64,000 bases of DNA, taken from contig NC_042999.1 of NCBI RefSeq assembly GCF_006345805.1, positions 42,966,001-43,030,000 on the forward strand, read 5' to 3'. A program made the translations under genes and the position numbers. Shown one piece after another: positions 12,350 through 26,900 of the stretch. Every line of letters begins with the position of its first letter. The first letter of the stretch is position 1. The notes beneath the pieces are model-generated. The model worked only from the letters and a program-made list of their open reading frames with translations. It was not told the DNA's origin and ran no database searches. The stretch comes from Octopus sinensis (lineage: Eukaryota).

Positions 12350-15300
12350 CGTTGCCCGAGCAATGTCGTTGCCAGTGCCGCTGGACTGGCTCCTGTGCAG
12401 GTGGCACATAAAAAAACCACCATTTGAGTGTGGCTGTTGCCAGTACCGCCTGACTGGCCCTCTTGGAGTGGTTGACGTTAGGAAGGGCATCCAGCTGTAG
12501 AAACTCTGCCAGATCAGATTGGAGTCTGGTGCAGCCATCTGGTTCACCAGACCTCAGTCAAATTGTCCAACCCATGCTAGCATCGAAAGCAGACGTTAAA
12601 CGATGATGCTGCTGCTGCTGCTGATGATGATGATGATGCATACAAACACATTGAAAACATGCATAAACATTTGGGGATAGTAAATTACATTGACTCCTGT
12701 GTCTTACTGGTACTTATTTTATCTACCCCCAAGTGGATGAAAAGCAAAGTCAACCTCAGTGGAATTTGAACTCAGAATGTAGAGTGCTGATGGAAATGCT
12801 ATTAAGCATTTTGTTCAACAGGTTAACGATGAACACCATTCATATGTATTTACAACTATATACAATGAAAGGTGTGCAATCAATTGTGTATAAACAAACA
12901 ATATACATTAACTTCGACTAACATTTCTTGCATTCTGTTAATATTCCTGAAGATAGCCATATGCATGTTTGAAAACGCTTAAAATTCAAGTTTTTGCAAA
13001 CATTTATAAACTGAGCATATATACATTTTTTGTTTTTTTATGCGCCTTTTTCAAGCCTAGCCAGGCTCATTGGTCTGGTTTCCCAGTTTCTATGGCATAT
13101 ATGCCCCTCCCCCAGCTGGACGGAACGCCAGTCCATTGCAGCATTACTCAAGAAGAGAGAGTGAGAGAAAGTTGGGGCAAAAGAGTACAACAGGGGTCGC
13201 CACCACCCCCTGCCAGAGCCTCGTGGAGCTTTACGTGTTTTCGCTCAATTAACACACACAACGCCCAGTCTGGGAATCGAAACCGCGATCCTCTGACGGC
13301 GAGTCCACTGCTCTAACCACTGGGCCATTGCGCCTCCACATATATATATATCATCATCATCATCGTCGTTTAACGTCCGTTCTCCATGCTAGCATGGGTT
13401 GGACGGTTCGACCGGGGTTCTGGGAAGCCAGAAGGCTGCACCAGGCTCCAGTCTAATTTGGCAATGTTTCTACAGCTGGATGCCCTTCCTAACGCCAACC
13501 ACTCCGTGAGTGTAGTGGGTGCTTTTTACGTGCCACCTGCACAGGTGCCAGGCGGGGCTGGCAACAGCCACGGTCAGATTGGTGTATTTTATGTGCCACC
13601 GGCACGGAAGCCAGTCGAGGCGGTGCTGGCATCGGCCACGAGTCGGATAGTGCTTTTTACGTACCACCAGACCAGGGATCCTGGCTGGTTCAATTCGATT
13701 TCGATTTCGATTTCGCTTGCCCCAACATGTCTTCACAAGCAAAGGGGGTTGGCAAGGGTGCCTGTCGTACGGTCGCATTGGAGTATTTTACGTGCCACGG
13801 CCACGAGTCGGATAGTGCTTTTTACGTACCACCAGACCAGGGATCCTGGCTGGTTCAATTCGATTTCGATTTCGCTTGCCCCAACATGTCTTCACAAGCA
13901 AAGGGGGTTGGCATGGGTGCCTGTCGTACGGTCGCATTGGAGTATTTTACGTGCCACGGCCCCGAGTCGGATAGTGCTTTTTACGTACCACCAGGCCAGG
14001 GATCCTGGCTGGTTCAATTCGGTTTCGATTTCAATTTCGATTTCGCTTGCCCCAACATGTCTTCGCAAGCATGGGGGGTTGGGATGGGTGTCTGTCGTCG
14101 GATGAGGTTCTATATCGAAAATACCAATTATATGTATTTGCACCTAAACACAATGTCAGGTGTGCAATCATAATTGTCATCATACGTCTGTTTTCCATAC
14201 TGGCATGGGTTGGACAGTTTGACAAGAGCTAACCAGCTGCAGAGCTGCCCAGGTTTCAATTGTCTGTTTTGGTATAGTGTCTATGGCTGGATACCCTTCC
14301 TAATACCAACCACTTCACAGAGTGTACTGGCTGCTTTTTAATTAGCACTGGCACTTTTACATGACACCGGCACACATGCTTTTATGTGGCATCAGCTTGG
14401 GTGCTTTTACATGACACTGACAATCAGTTGTATATAAACACACAATACATCCCAGCTTCAACTGATATTTCCCACATTCTGTTAATATTCCTGAAGATGG
14501 CCACATGCTTGTTCGTAAGCTTGAGATGCAACTTTGTGTTTTTTCTTCTGCAGTATCTCTCTACTAATTCATTGAAGTTTTTGTTTCCTATTGCAGTATA
14601 AAATGTGCTGAATAAGTCATTCTCTACCGTATTCATGGGATTCTAAACAGAAAGACATCGGAGAAGAAATATATCTTTTATCCTTTAACATCCACTTTTC
14701 CATGCTTGCATGGGTCAGACAAAATTCGTAGAGTCAGATTTTCTATAGCCAGATGCCCTTTATGTCGCCAGCCCTCATTTGTTTCCTAGCAAGGTAATAT
14801 TTCCCAATAAGGCAGCGAGCTGGCAGAAACGTTAGCACACTGGGCGAAATGCTTAGCGGTATTTCGTCTGCCGTAACATTCTTAGTTCAAATTCCACCGA
14901 GGTCAACATTGCCTTTTGTCCTTTCGGGATCGATAAATTAAGTACCAGTTACGCACTGGAGTTGATGTAATTGACTTAATCTTTTTGTCTGTCCCTGTTT
15001 GTCCCCTCTACGTTTGGCCCCTTGTGGGGAATAAAGAAATTAAGGTAATATTTCCCAAAGTCCAGACATGGGTTTCGCTGAAGACTGGAAACAAACAACT
15101 TCAATGTCACTTGTATGATGATGATGATGCTCATCTAAAATTATCATGTAATGTCTAGACATGGGTACATACAAACACTCACATGCATACACACACACAC
15201 ACACACATACATATATATGTGCCAGTTTCGCTGTGTGGTAAGAAGCTTGCTTCCCAACCACATGGTGCAGGGTTCAGTCCCACTGAGTGACACCTTCAGC

Positions 15301-15840
15301 AAGTGTCTTCTACACTAGCCTCAGGCTGACCAAAGCCCCTTGTGAATGGATTTTGTAGACGGAAACTGAAAGAAGCCCATCATGTATGTGTGTGTGTATG
15401 TGGTATGTGTCTTTATGTCTGTGTTTGTCCTCAACCACCACTTTCGCAACCAGTGCTGGTGTGTTTATGTCCTAGTAACTTGGTGGTTTGGCAAAAGAGA
15501 CCAATAAGAATACATACCAGCTTTAAAATATAAGCATTGGGGTCAATTCCTTTGACTAAAATTCTGCAAGGTGGTGCCGCTAAAAGGAAATAAAAGATAT
15601 ACACAACAGACTTCTTTCAGTTTCCATCTACCAAAGCCACTGTATATATATATATATATATATATAAGAAATTATATAGGAAAATACGCACACTTACATA
15701 GTTTTAATATAATTTTTAATATATCGACCAGTTTCGCTATCGCTATTCATGATATTATGTTTTATTTATTTGAATATATATCTTTTCTTCTTACAACTCA
15801 CCATGTGGGGATAATCGAAATTCCTCTTTTCTGTTACTAC

Positions 15841-15878
<38 letters not shown>

Positions 15879-17180
15879 CACTGGATTAACCAATAAGCAA
15901 AATAAGCACATACTTAAGGGAAGGAGAGTGCACCACAGAAATGGTAAATGGTTTATGGTACAAAAGAAATCATTTTAAACTTGCTAAAATAATATTCGGG
16001 ATGCCTTTATCTTTACTAAATATAGATGCAGATGTATTAACCTAAGGTTAATTTTGAGAATCTGATCAAAGACTTTGCAATTTAAAAAAGTAGGAGGAAA
16101 CTATTCAAATATAAATAAAGTGGAAGTATACAAAAATAAACATTATTTTCCCTCTTACTGTTTTGTTTCATTTTGAAAAATAAAAATTTATTTATGTTAT
16201 TGTTTATATTTTAATTTTTTATGGGGGGCACCAAAATCTTTTAAGTGCTTAGGGCCTTGATGGGTCTTAATCTGGCCCTGTCTATATATATATTCTCTTT
16301 TACTCTTTTACTTGTTTCAGTCATTTTGACTGAAACAAGTAAAAGTCGAGTAAATCAACCCCATGACTTATTCTTTGAAAGCCTAGTACTTATTTTATCA
16401 GTCTCTTTTGCCGAACCACTAAGTTACGGGGACATAAACACACCAGCATTGGTTGTCAAGCAATGTTGGGGACAAACACAGACACACAAACATACACACA
16501 CACACATATATATATATATACATACATATTTACGATGGGCTTCTTTCAGTTTCTGTCTACCAAATCCACTCACAAAGCTTTAGTCAGCTCAATGTTATAG
16601 TAGAAGACACTTTCCCAAGGTGCCACACAGTGGGACTGAACCCAGAACCATGTGGTTGGTAAGCAAGCTACTTACCACAGAGACACTCCTACGCCTATAT
16701 ATATTCATAAGCATATATGGGTACAAAGAAAAAAATGGAAAACAGGGCAGTTGTCAGCTGTCTATCTAGGATAACCAATGTGGTTACCTCACATATAAAG
16801 AATATTTATCCACCAATGTGTGTGTGTGTGTGGAGGGGGTACATCTGCATGTGTGTGATACTGATGTGCTTTTCTTTCTGTATTCAGGTCTAATGCAAAC
16901 AAACCTATTATGACAGAATTAATCAAGAATGGTGTAAACTGTATGCTGAGGAAACTAAATGTTGGAGATTTTCTTTGGGTAGCAAGATCCAAACACTCAC
17001 AGAATGGTATGTATATGTAGATGTATGTGAGTGTGTGGTGTGTGTGTGTGTGTGCGTACATGCATGTGTGTGTAAGTGTGTATGCACATGTGTGTGTGCA
17101 TGCGTGTGTGCATGTGTGTGATTTTTTCTGTTTGTATGTCTGTTTCGCATTCTCTATCTCTGCTTTCTTCCTCTTCTCTC

Positions 17181-17225
<45 letters not shown>

Positions 17226-20200
17226 ATTGGTTACCATGGTCCTTTCCGTACACTTTTCTTTCCACGGATAAACCTTATCTGTTTACCCCTTTACATTTTA
17301 CACCATGACATTTCTGTGATACACGATCCCTATTGATCGTTTTTTTCTTTCTTTTTTACGATCCCTTTTGATCAAAAACCTACCCCTTTTTATTTTTCAT
17401 TTTTTTTCTCTCCAAAAAGAAAAGCTCTGCTTTGTAATTTATCCCCTCTGTGTTCAGCCCTGTGTGGCTAATAAAGAAACATATCTATCACTATACTTTG
17501 TTTTCCATTAAAGAAGTTTGTTGTAGGTTAAAACTAAATTGAAAAGTGTACCTAATCAATAATTGAAATATTTTGGTTTCTGTTCTCTTCTGAATTTCCT
17601 TTGACTTCAGTAACACAATATCACATAGCTCCTTTTTTTTTTTTTTCTATGGCTTACCCAGAGGATTGACAACATCCATAACATGCCAACAGGATCTCCA
17701 AGACCAGGAAATGGGAGGGCACAAAAGTGGAGGGAAAAAGGAAAAAGATGAAAAAAGATGATTCTTAGTTGCTGCTATTGAAAGTTGTGAATCAAAACAC
17801 TGAGGGACCCTCAAAAGCAAGAGCCCTGGTCTGGATGTTTGCAACTGAGCAGAGTCTCCTACTACCACCAAGTGCTAATTGGTAGTAGTAGTAGTAGTAG
17901 GAGGAGGAGGTGACAGTGAAGGCAACTGTGTGAAGAGATTAATTTTAGCCTCTTATAATGGATATTTTCCATGCACATAACCAAGATGTATCATATATTG
18001 TGCCTCTCAAGTATCCTCCAGCCTACCAATTCCTGTTCAACCATTAACTTACCTAAGATAAACTATATTAAAGGCGGCGAGCTGGCAGAAACGTTAGCAC
18101 GCCAGGCGAAATGCTTAGCAGTATTTCATCTGCCACTACTACATTCTGAGTTCAAATTCCTCTGAGGTCGACTTTGCCTTTCGTCCTTTCGGGGTCGATA
18201 AATTAAGTACCAGTTATGCACTGGGGTCGATGTAATCGACTTTATCCCTTTGTCTGTCCTTGTTTTTCCCCTCTATGTTTAGCCCCTTGTGGGCAATAAA
18301 GAAATAAGATAAACTATATTAACTTCAAACATTTATTTCTCTATCTTCATTTTCTTTGTTATGTTGTAGAATGTTCTCTGGTCTTTGGATATTCTTGTTC
18401 TTTATATCTCCTCCATTTCCTCACTGTCTATCTTGACTATTGCCCCCCAAGATAAACAAATCCTTTGATGTCTTCTATATTGTTGTTGCCAGTTCTCACA
18501 TAAGCTTGTTGTCTGGCATTATTCCTTAGGTATGGAGAAGCAAAAATATAAATCGCAAAATGAAACTGAAGCTGTTTCAAGACTTTGGTTCAACCAGCAT
18601 TCCTCTACGGATGTGAAAACTGGAAAGTGACAAAATGAAAAGAAAAAACAATGGACAGCTTCCAGTTTACATGCTTAAGGAGAACACTTGACATTAAATG
18701 ATTGCAAAGAGTCTGAAATGACAGAATTGAGATGATAACGAGCACCAACGATAACGAGGACCTGTGACAAAATTAGATGGAGATGCTGGAGCCGGGTCAG
18801 ACACTTACTCAGACAAGATCAAGAAAGCGATTGTATGGTGACACTAAAGTGGCAGCCTGAGTGGGGAAGGAGCTGCAGGGTACTCTAAAATCAGTGGCGA
18901 AGGACCATTGACGAGGAAAGGAGACAAGAAGGGTGGAGAAGCTGGAACAGCGACGGAACAGTGGTAGAAAAAAAAAACTGGTTGGAGAGATCATGTTGCA
19001 GCCTTGTGTGCCCCATGGAATGGAGAGAACTATCTTGCCTTTCACTCACTATGGTGCAGAGACCGTCAACAACTGCTCTCCTCTGTTTTGGTTTCAAATT
19101 ATCATTAATGCTTCTGTAACTTTGGTTATTACTAGGTAGGGGTGTTGGTTCTACACACAAACCCATTTTCACCTCTGGGAAGTAGTGGTCCATATTAGTC
19201 TGGCCTCTATACTTTGGAGGCAAAATGGCCCAGTGGTTAGGGCAGCGGACTCGCATTCGGAGGAACACGGTTTCGATTCCCAGACTGGGCGTTGTGTGTG
19301 TTTATTGAGTGAAAACACTTAAAAGCTCCATGAGGCTCCCGTAGGGGGTGGTGGCAACCCCTGTTGTACTCTTTCGGCACAACTTTCTCTCCCGCTTTCT
19401 TCCTGTTTCTTGAGTAATGCTGCGATGAACTGGTGTCTTGTCCAGCTGGGGGGAACACATACGCCACGGAATCCGGGAAACCGGGCCCATGAGCCTGGCT
19501 AGGCTTGAAAAGGACAATTTAAAAAATTTTTTATGTATACTTTGGTCTGTCCAGCATGGGAGACCCTTAAGGAGTTTATGCTCTGCTGGCATGGCTCACA
19601 AAGTTTGAGACACACATGCCACCATGTCACAGTAGGAACTGGACCTTGTAGTGGTCTCTCTCTATATATGAAAAACCACTATTACTTATTCTCAAATTAA
19701 GTAATAGAAGAAATGTTATATATCTTAACTGTTTTACATTCAAATCTTTGAGCAAGGAGGATGGTTTTTAGAAATTCCATATATTTTGTATTCAGTCTAG
19801 TGATATCTTAGTTTTGCAAGTAACATGAGGGTCTCAACTAGTGCTGGTGCCAGGAAAAACACACCCAGTACACTCAGTAAAGAGGGTAACAATATAAAGA
19901 GCATCCAGCTGCTGGATTATGACTCTTTTGTGGCCACTGGTTATATGAGGGATTAAGATAGATTTAAAAGAATTGCATTGGCAATAGTGAAGATTGTAAT
20001 ACTGATTTACATTAGTGAAACTGATACTAATAATAGTTTCCAGTTTTTGGCCTAAGGCCAGCAATTTTAGAGGAAGGGGTAAATTGATTACAACAACACC
20101 AGTGCTCGATTCATACTTATTTTATCAACCCGACAAAAGGATGAAAGGTAAAGTCAAATTTGACGACATTTGAACTCTTAAGTAATGTTAAGAACAGGAT

Positions 20201-23200
20201 TGTTACCAAATTTTTTTTCTTCTTCCCCTCCAGAAAAACCAGTTGAACTTGTATTAAATTATATTGTGGAAAGAAAACGAATGGATGATTTATCTGGAAG
20301 TATTGTAGATGGCCGGTTTCGAGAACAAAAAGTATGTCTGTGTTATTATTGTTATTTTTAAAATGTCTTAATCTTTTTTACTTTATTCTAGACTAAGTTT
20401 TCAGAGATTGAGATGATAATTTCATTCTTATTTCTTTAATTATATTTTGTTATCTGTTTAATTTAGTTTTTGTCATTTTCTAATCTAAAAGATTGCTTGA
20501 TTTATAATACTCAACATTTTGAAAGTGCCCAGTAGATAAGAGCTAAATCGCTTCTTTAGTAGAATGCTATGGTAGTCAAGTCTGTGTCTGGTTGAAAATA
20601 TGTTTTATACAGCTCTGAGATTTTCAATTGAAGATATGAGCTGCTCTACAAATGCAGACAGAAAAACAAGTATCAACTGAAACTCTGCAAAACCTTACAA
20701 TTAGACAAACTACAACAGCCACTCCAACAGTTCCCTTCACTTACTCAACATACACATGCACACTCCAGTCAGTAACAAGCAGAAAGATCATATGAACTTA
20801 AAGAGTCCTTTAGATATCTAAAGTGAAAATTTTCGAATCAGTCTCACTAAAGATTACTCTTTAACAGCATCAAACATTTTGTGTGTGCGTGTGTAAAAAA
20901 CGTAAGATGAACTGAAACTTAAATAATGGACTTTATTTTGCTTGATTTTTATCTTTTCTTTTTTAAAAAATATTTTGTGAAACATTTTCTTAACACTTTT
21001 TTCTATATTGCATGTATTTCTAACTGTATGTTATACAGCTCCAGACCAAGCAAACTTACCATCAAAGACATTTCAGCTGTGGCCATCCTCTCTTTTTGTA
21101 CATCTTCAACTTCACTGTCCAATGGTTGAAAGGAATTTTAGGGAGATTTGTCTGTTATATCTAGCAGATTGAGTGGCCATATAGAGTGTCCTTTGTTAGT
21201 CCTTCAAACCTTCACTTGTAGACAAGGAGATGATATCTACATATTTCTTTTATAAACTCACACATCATGAGTAGATTTACTATATCTGAATAACACCCAA
21301 ATGTTTAACATTAAGCAGACTCTAATGACTTTTGACATTTAAAGATCTTAACAATATGGCAAAAAATACATAAAAATTTGGGGGCATTTTTTGTGCAAAA
21401 AATTATGTCAACTGTGGTTGTCTTTTTTTTTTTCTTTTCTCTTTACATTCAGTTTCGTTTAAAGCAATCTGGCTTAAGCCATGCTATCTATCTCATTGAA
21501 AATCATGGTTCAACAAAACACCTGAGTGTTTCTGAAGATAAATTAATTCAAGCCATGACAAACACACAGGTAAGTTGCTTTGTCTTTATGTATGTATTTA
21601 TTTAAAAAGCATAGGGAAAATGTAGCACAGTGATTTAGCAGAATCATTAGACATACTTGCCGAACAACCACACAGAGGATTTGTTTATAGTGATCAAATG
21701 CTTGCTACACTCATTCACAATATGTGAGACTGTTTCGCTTCTGCTGCCGCACATCCTACAAAGGGGCAATTCGCTCCTCTTATCTATTTGGAACTTGGTG
21801 TAATTAGTTTCCAGAGCTTGTTCCTGGGTGTTGCATATCGATGCTTCAGTGCATCCTTTCAGATCACTTTATGTTAGCCAGCGCCAAGCGTTGATCTTGT
21901 CTTTTCCTTTGATTTATCTGAAGTATTGCCCATGCAGTGGTTTCATTTTCCAGTTGTCTACTCTTTCTTGTTTCTTAAATGTTTGTGGGTGCATCACATT
22001 TTCAGTAGGTATTGTATTGTTAATTCTAACAGCAGCAAGCAACAATTCACTCTGCTGTTTGATGTACCATCCCAGACTGTTCTTGTTGTTGACAATGCAG
22101 ATCTTGCATCCTATGAGACCTCTTCTACCCCTATTTCTAGGCACATGCAGTCTGTCAGTATTGCTTTTAGGGTGTAGTTCCTTGTCATCACTTCTTTAGT
22201 TTTTCTGTTCATTTCCTCTAGCTCGTTCTTTATCCACCTAACAACACCTGCCCTTTATCACATTAAGGAAACAACCTATGTATTTATTGCTCTGATTTTG
22301 TTTTTTTATTGAGTCTATTTCCATAATTAACCTGGATCTTCTGAGAAATTCTTGCCTAAATCTTTCTTTCATTTCACTTTCCTTAATTTTGTCATGTTCT
22401 AAAATCCCCAGATACTTATATCCATTAGTTTCAATATCCTTGATTTTCTTGGGTAGCTGTACACTATCAGATGATACTACTTTATCTCTTTGTATTTTAA
22501 GCACACCACACTTTTTAGTCCCAAATTCCATTCTGATATCCTTACTGAATATCTGCACTGTTGAAACTAGGCCATTTATTTCACATTCAGCCTTTCCAAA
22601 GATCTTTAAACTATCCATATATAACAGATGATTTAATTTTCCTCCACTTTTCAAGGTGTACTTTCTATAGTATCTGTGTGAGGGGTATCATACAAATCAC
22701 AAACAGCAATGGTATGCTATCTCCTTGAAATATGCCTCTCTTGATGTTAACCCTTGCCAATAGTTTTCCACATGAAGTTAACTCTGTATTCCAGTTTTTC
22801 ATTGATCTCTTAATAAAATTTGATATGTTATCAGACACCTGTACCAACTCTAGAATTTCTAAAATACAGGAATGGGCCAACAATGTCATATGCTTTCTTA
22901 TAACTGATCCACACCATGCCCAGATTAGTAAATCCTTTCTTGCAGTCATTCGGTATCATTCTGTCTATCAGAAGTTGGTCTTTTGTCTCTCGACTTTTCC
23001 TTCTGCACCCTTTCTGTTCCACTGGCAGTTTGTCGTTCATTTCCAAGAAGTTATACACATGATTAGATATTATTCCTGTCATCGGCTTTCACATCAGAGG
23101 CAGACAGGTGATAGGCCGGTAATTATCCACTGCATTGCTTTTACTGGGATCCTTTTGCGAAAGAATTGTTTTTACCTGTGGTCAGCCACTTTGGGATCTG

Positions 23201-23924
23201 TCACCATTGTTGATTATTTTATCCATTTGCATGGCTATTCTTCTGTGTAGTGCTGGGAAATTTTTCAGCCACTATCCTTGTACTCCTGTTCCTGGGCATT
23301 TCCAGTTTGGGATCTTTGTTGGTTGTTCGGTTACCATTTCAGTCATTATTCTAATATCGCTCTGTTTCACTTCATGTTTTTCCGACCTTAATTCCTTCAA
23401 CCATTTAGCATCTTTGTTATGCTTTCTTCCATTATCCCGGATGTTACTCCGAAACCTTTTACTTCTTCTGCGTCTGGTCTCTCCCTGTTCTTAACCTATT
23501 CATTCAGTTGTTGATAAACCCTTTTCTGGTCTTGTAGAAACAATCTGTTGATTTTATTGTTCAATTCTTTGGTCATATCTCTTGATCTTTGTCACTTTAG
23601 CCTGCAATCTTTGTTTCAACTTTTCAAGGACTACATTTAGCCCCTTTTTCTTTATCTTATATCTAAATTCTACTTCCTGACAGTTCTCCTCCATCTTAAT
23701 TTCACTTTTTTCTTTCTTTGCAAGATGTTGATATGTCTTCTTAGTTCTTTCATTGATTGTTTTATTCTTCCTTTCCACCAAGGTTCTTTTTCTTCATTCC
23801 CACATTTACGGTTTGGTTCAAAGCCTACCTTATTTCCTATATAGATGATGCAGGCTTTAATCAATCTATTCATTCCGGTTATATTATTTGTCTTGATTTC
23901 TTTCAGCATTTTAATTTTATTATT

Positions 23925-23961
<37 letters not shown>

Positions 23962-26900
23962 AGAGAGCAGTGCATGCCATCAAAGTGACACTGGGGTAAT
24001 ATATACGAAGCCCAGTATACCCATCATGACTACCCGTCTGATAAGGGCACACAAGGCACATACATCACTACCATATGTGCGCAACATGGTGATCTCATAT
24101 CAAGATGAACAGTGCATGACCTTGCAGGTGGGGCCCAGTTAGAATTTTCTTCTTATGGAGTAACCCATCCCGCTCAAAAGGTCCCTGAATAAGGGTTGTT
24201 TAAGGATGTTGAACGAAACACCCATGTTTCCAGAGGTGAATTATTCAAACCCCAAAGAATCCCCCTCGACTCATGGCTATGATGCTCCCCCATTACTCCA
24301 GCTCATGATCAGAGATGCAGATATCTTCAGCCACTAAGAGACATGGTCAACTGGTTAAGGTCAAACAACTGACAAGCAAATCTGTGGTATTGAGCAGAAT
24401 ATTTGCTGTAGCTTATCTTTTATACCAAGACAAAACAATGTACATGATAACACTTCCAATCAGTTAAGATCAGAAGCCACGAGAGCCACTGTCTGGTACT
24501 GCATCAGGGCAATCGTCGTCGTTGTGTTGTTGTTGTTCTTCTTCTTCTACTAACAAAATTATTGCCAAAGATCACTACAAAACTATCTTATGGCCAAGTA
24601 TAAACATCTTTTTCTTTTACCTTAGTATTATTACTATCGTTATTGTTTTACATATTTATTTATTGTGATATGTTGAATATGTCACCATCTGCTGCACACA
24701 CCTTATTTTATGTCTTAATATTTGTATTCATTCCAGGTAATCGATGAATTCAAAGTTAAAAGGACTGAAAATGCTAAGGAGTCTGTTGCTTACCTGACAC
24801 TGCTAACACGCTACCTTCAAGGTTATTATTTAGTAAGTGAATTTGCTGTTTTGCACCTCATGTATGTAATCCACTTTCAACATCATAAGTGTGCATGTTA
24901 TTGGATCTTTCAGTATGGTATGTGGGATTTGAAAAGTGGCCATTACATCGTTTGTTAAAGCACATATGCATAGAGATGCATGATCAACCTTAATCAGCTA
25001 AAGCTTATATAGTAAAGAAGCTCACTTTGTTCTTTCTATCACTGGTCTATATCATCATCATCATCATCGTTTAACATTCGCTTTCCGTGCTGGCATGGGT
25101 TGGACGGTTCAACTGGGGTCTGGGAAGCCAGAAGGCTGCACCAGGCCCAGTCTGATCTGGCAGTGTTTCTACAGCTGGATGCCCTTCCTAACGCCAACCA
25201 CTCCATGAGTGTAGTGGGTGCTTTTTATGTGCCAGACGAGGCTGGCAAATGGCCACGATTGGATGGTGCTTTTTACGTGCCACCGGCACGGGGTCCAGAT
25301 ATATATATATACTTGAATGTATGTTGAGAGATTGTCATAGCCTGTTTGCCCACAAACGGTTGATTTCTGTAGTTATTATCAGTGATTTTTTTGGGCGATA
25401 CAAATAAGAGTTTTGACTGTTATTTCCAGCAGGTAGACATACTTAGTATGTCCTTTGATTAATTTTAATCTTTCAGCTATTTAATACTAAATTGATGACT
25501 AAATGGATGACTAAATTACAACAGGTATATAGCCCATTGTCTGTATTATAGTGCATTGTTGTACCATTCAAAATTTTTTATTCTTGTCCAAAAATAAATA
25601 ATTGCATCATCAAAATCTTGAAGCTACAAGATAATGCATTATTAATTCAGAACAGTGTGAATAAATAAGCAATGCATTTGACAAAATAACCTGAATGCTA
25701 AAAAGTTGATACAGATTCAGCTAATGTATCTAATGGGTCGAATGACCACATAGAGGCTCTTTTGTTGGTTTAAGTGTCTGTTTAGCTCAAGATAACTAAG
25801 TGACAATATGCTATGCTAGCATGTAAAAGAAAACAAGAAAACAAAAACACTGATATTAAAATTCTGATATAATGAAATTATTGTATACAGTGCTCAGGTG
25901 CACCACAACTTGTCAAAAGCATATGCAGTAATGTACAAATGTTTGGGAAGTGAACAGTGTATGAGTCAGATACATGCTTGTGTGTGTATGGAGGGGAGAA
26001 AATCAGGTGTAGTGTTGGCGAATCTCAGGAAGCATGGAAGTTTTGAAGGATGCAGTGCTCCAACAACTAACAACTGATGCCGGCAGTTTGTTCCATACTT
26101 CAGCAACTCTTAGTGTGAAAAAATGTTTCCAAAAGTCATGGGAGCTGTGCTGTTTTCTGATTTTGTAAACATGCTCACGGGTGTTAGACAGGTGGAGTTT
26201 GAAAAGGTGCTCGGAGTTATTGTTAGTAAGATGGTTAATAATTTTATGGATGTCTGCCAAGTCAGTTGCCAGACGTCAGAGTTTCAGTGTATCCATGCCC
26301 AGGGAAGTAAGGCGTTCAGAATATGGCAAATGCTTGATGGAGGGTATTCTCTTGGTTGCACGTTGCTGAACGGAATGATGGTAATGTATTAATTGTTAGA
26401 TATCACCCACAATTAAATTATTGTTTACATCTGCTCTTGTATTACAGAAGAAGACTTTATATGGTAGCAGTGAAGTTGTGAAAGCTAAACCAGGAGAGAA
26501 GATAGACCATAGCTTAGAGAGTGCTTCAGAAATTCTTTGTAATTTTGAAGACTTCAATAACTCTGCTGCAAAGAGCCAGGTTGGTTTTGATTGCTTTCTT
26601 TTATATTTCAGAAATGAAACAATGAAAATGTTATTAAGGTGTTTGACTATTAGTTATTTAAGTTTACACCTGAAGCACAGGCAAGGCTGTGTGGGTACAG
26701 AGTTCAGTTTATTACCTCAGAGTTTTGAGTTCTAATTCACTGGGCTGCACCTTGAGCATGTGTCCTCTACTCTAGCCTCAGGCCAGCTAATGCCTTGTGA
26801 GTGAAATTGGTGAACAGAAACTACATGGAAGAAGTTTCTTGAACATCTGCATATCTAGAGAGAGAGAGAGTTCTGGTAAAATTATGTCTAATGGTGTAAT

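Noticed and set aside
12940-12980. CTGAAGA...GAAA hammerhead candidates (also near 14490 and 43570)
   Set aside because: Stem II is weak, and stems I/III and the NUH triplet are not identifiable.
19216-19290. tRNA gene
   Set aside because: A/B boxes are present but there is no proper acceptor stem or terminator, and it continues into a multi-copy SINE body.
23950-24512. Identity of the (GAT)n-tailed segment abutting the R4/Dong-like element
   Set aside because: It looks like a retroposed repeat, but it is single-copy in this window with no diagnostic motif, so I left it unclassified.
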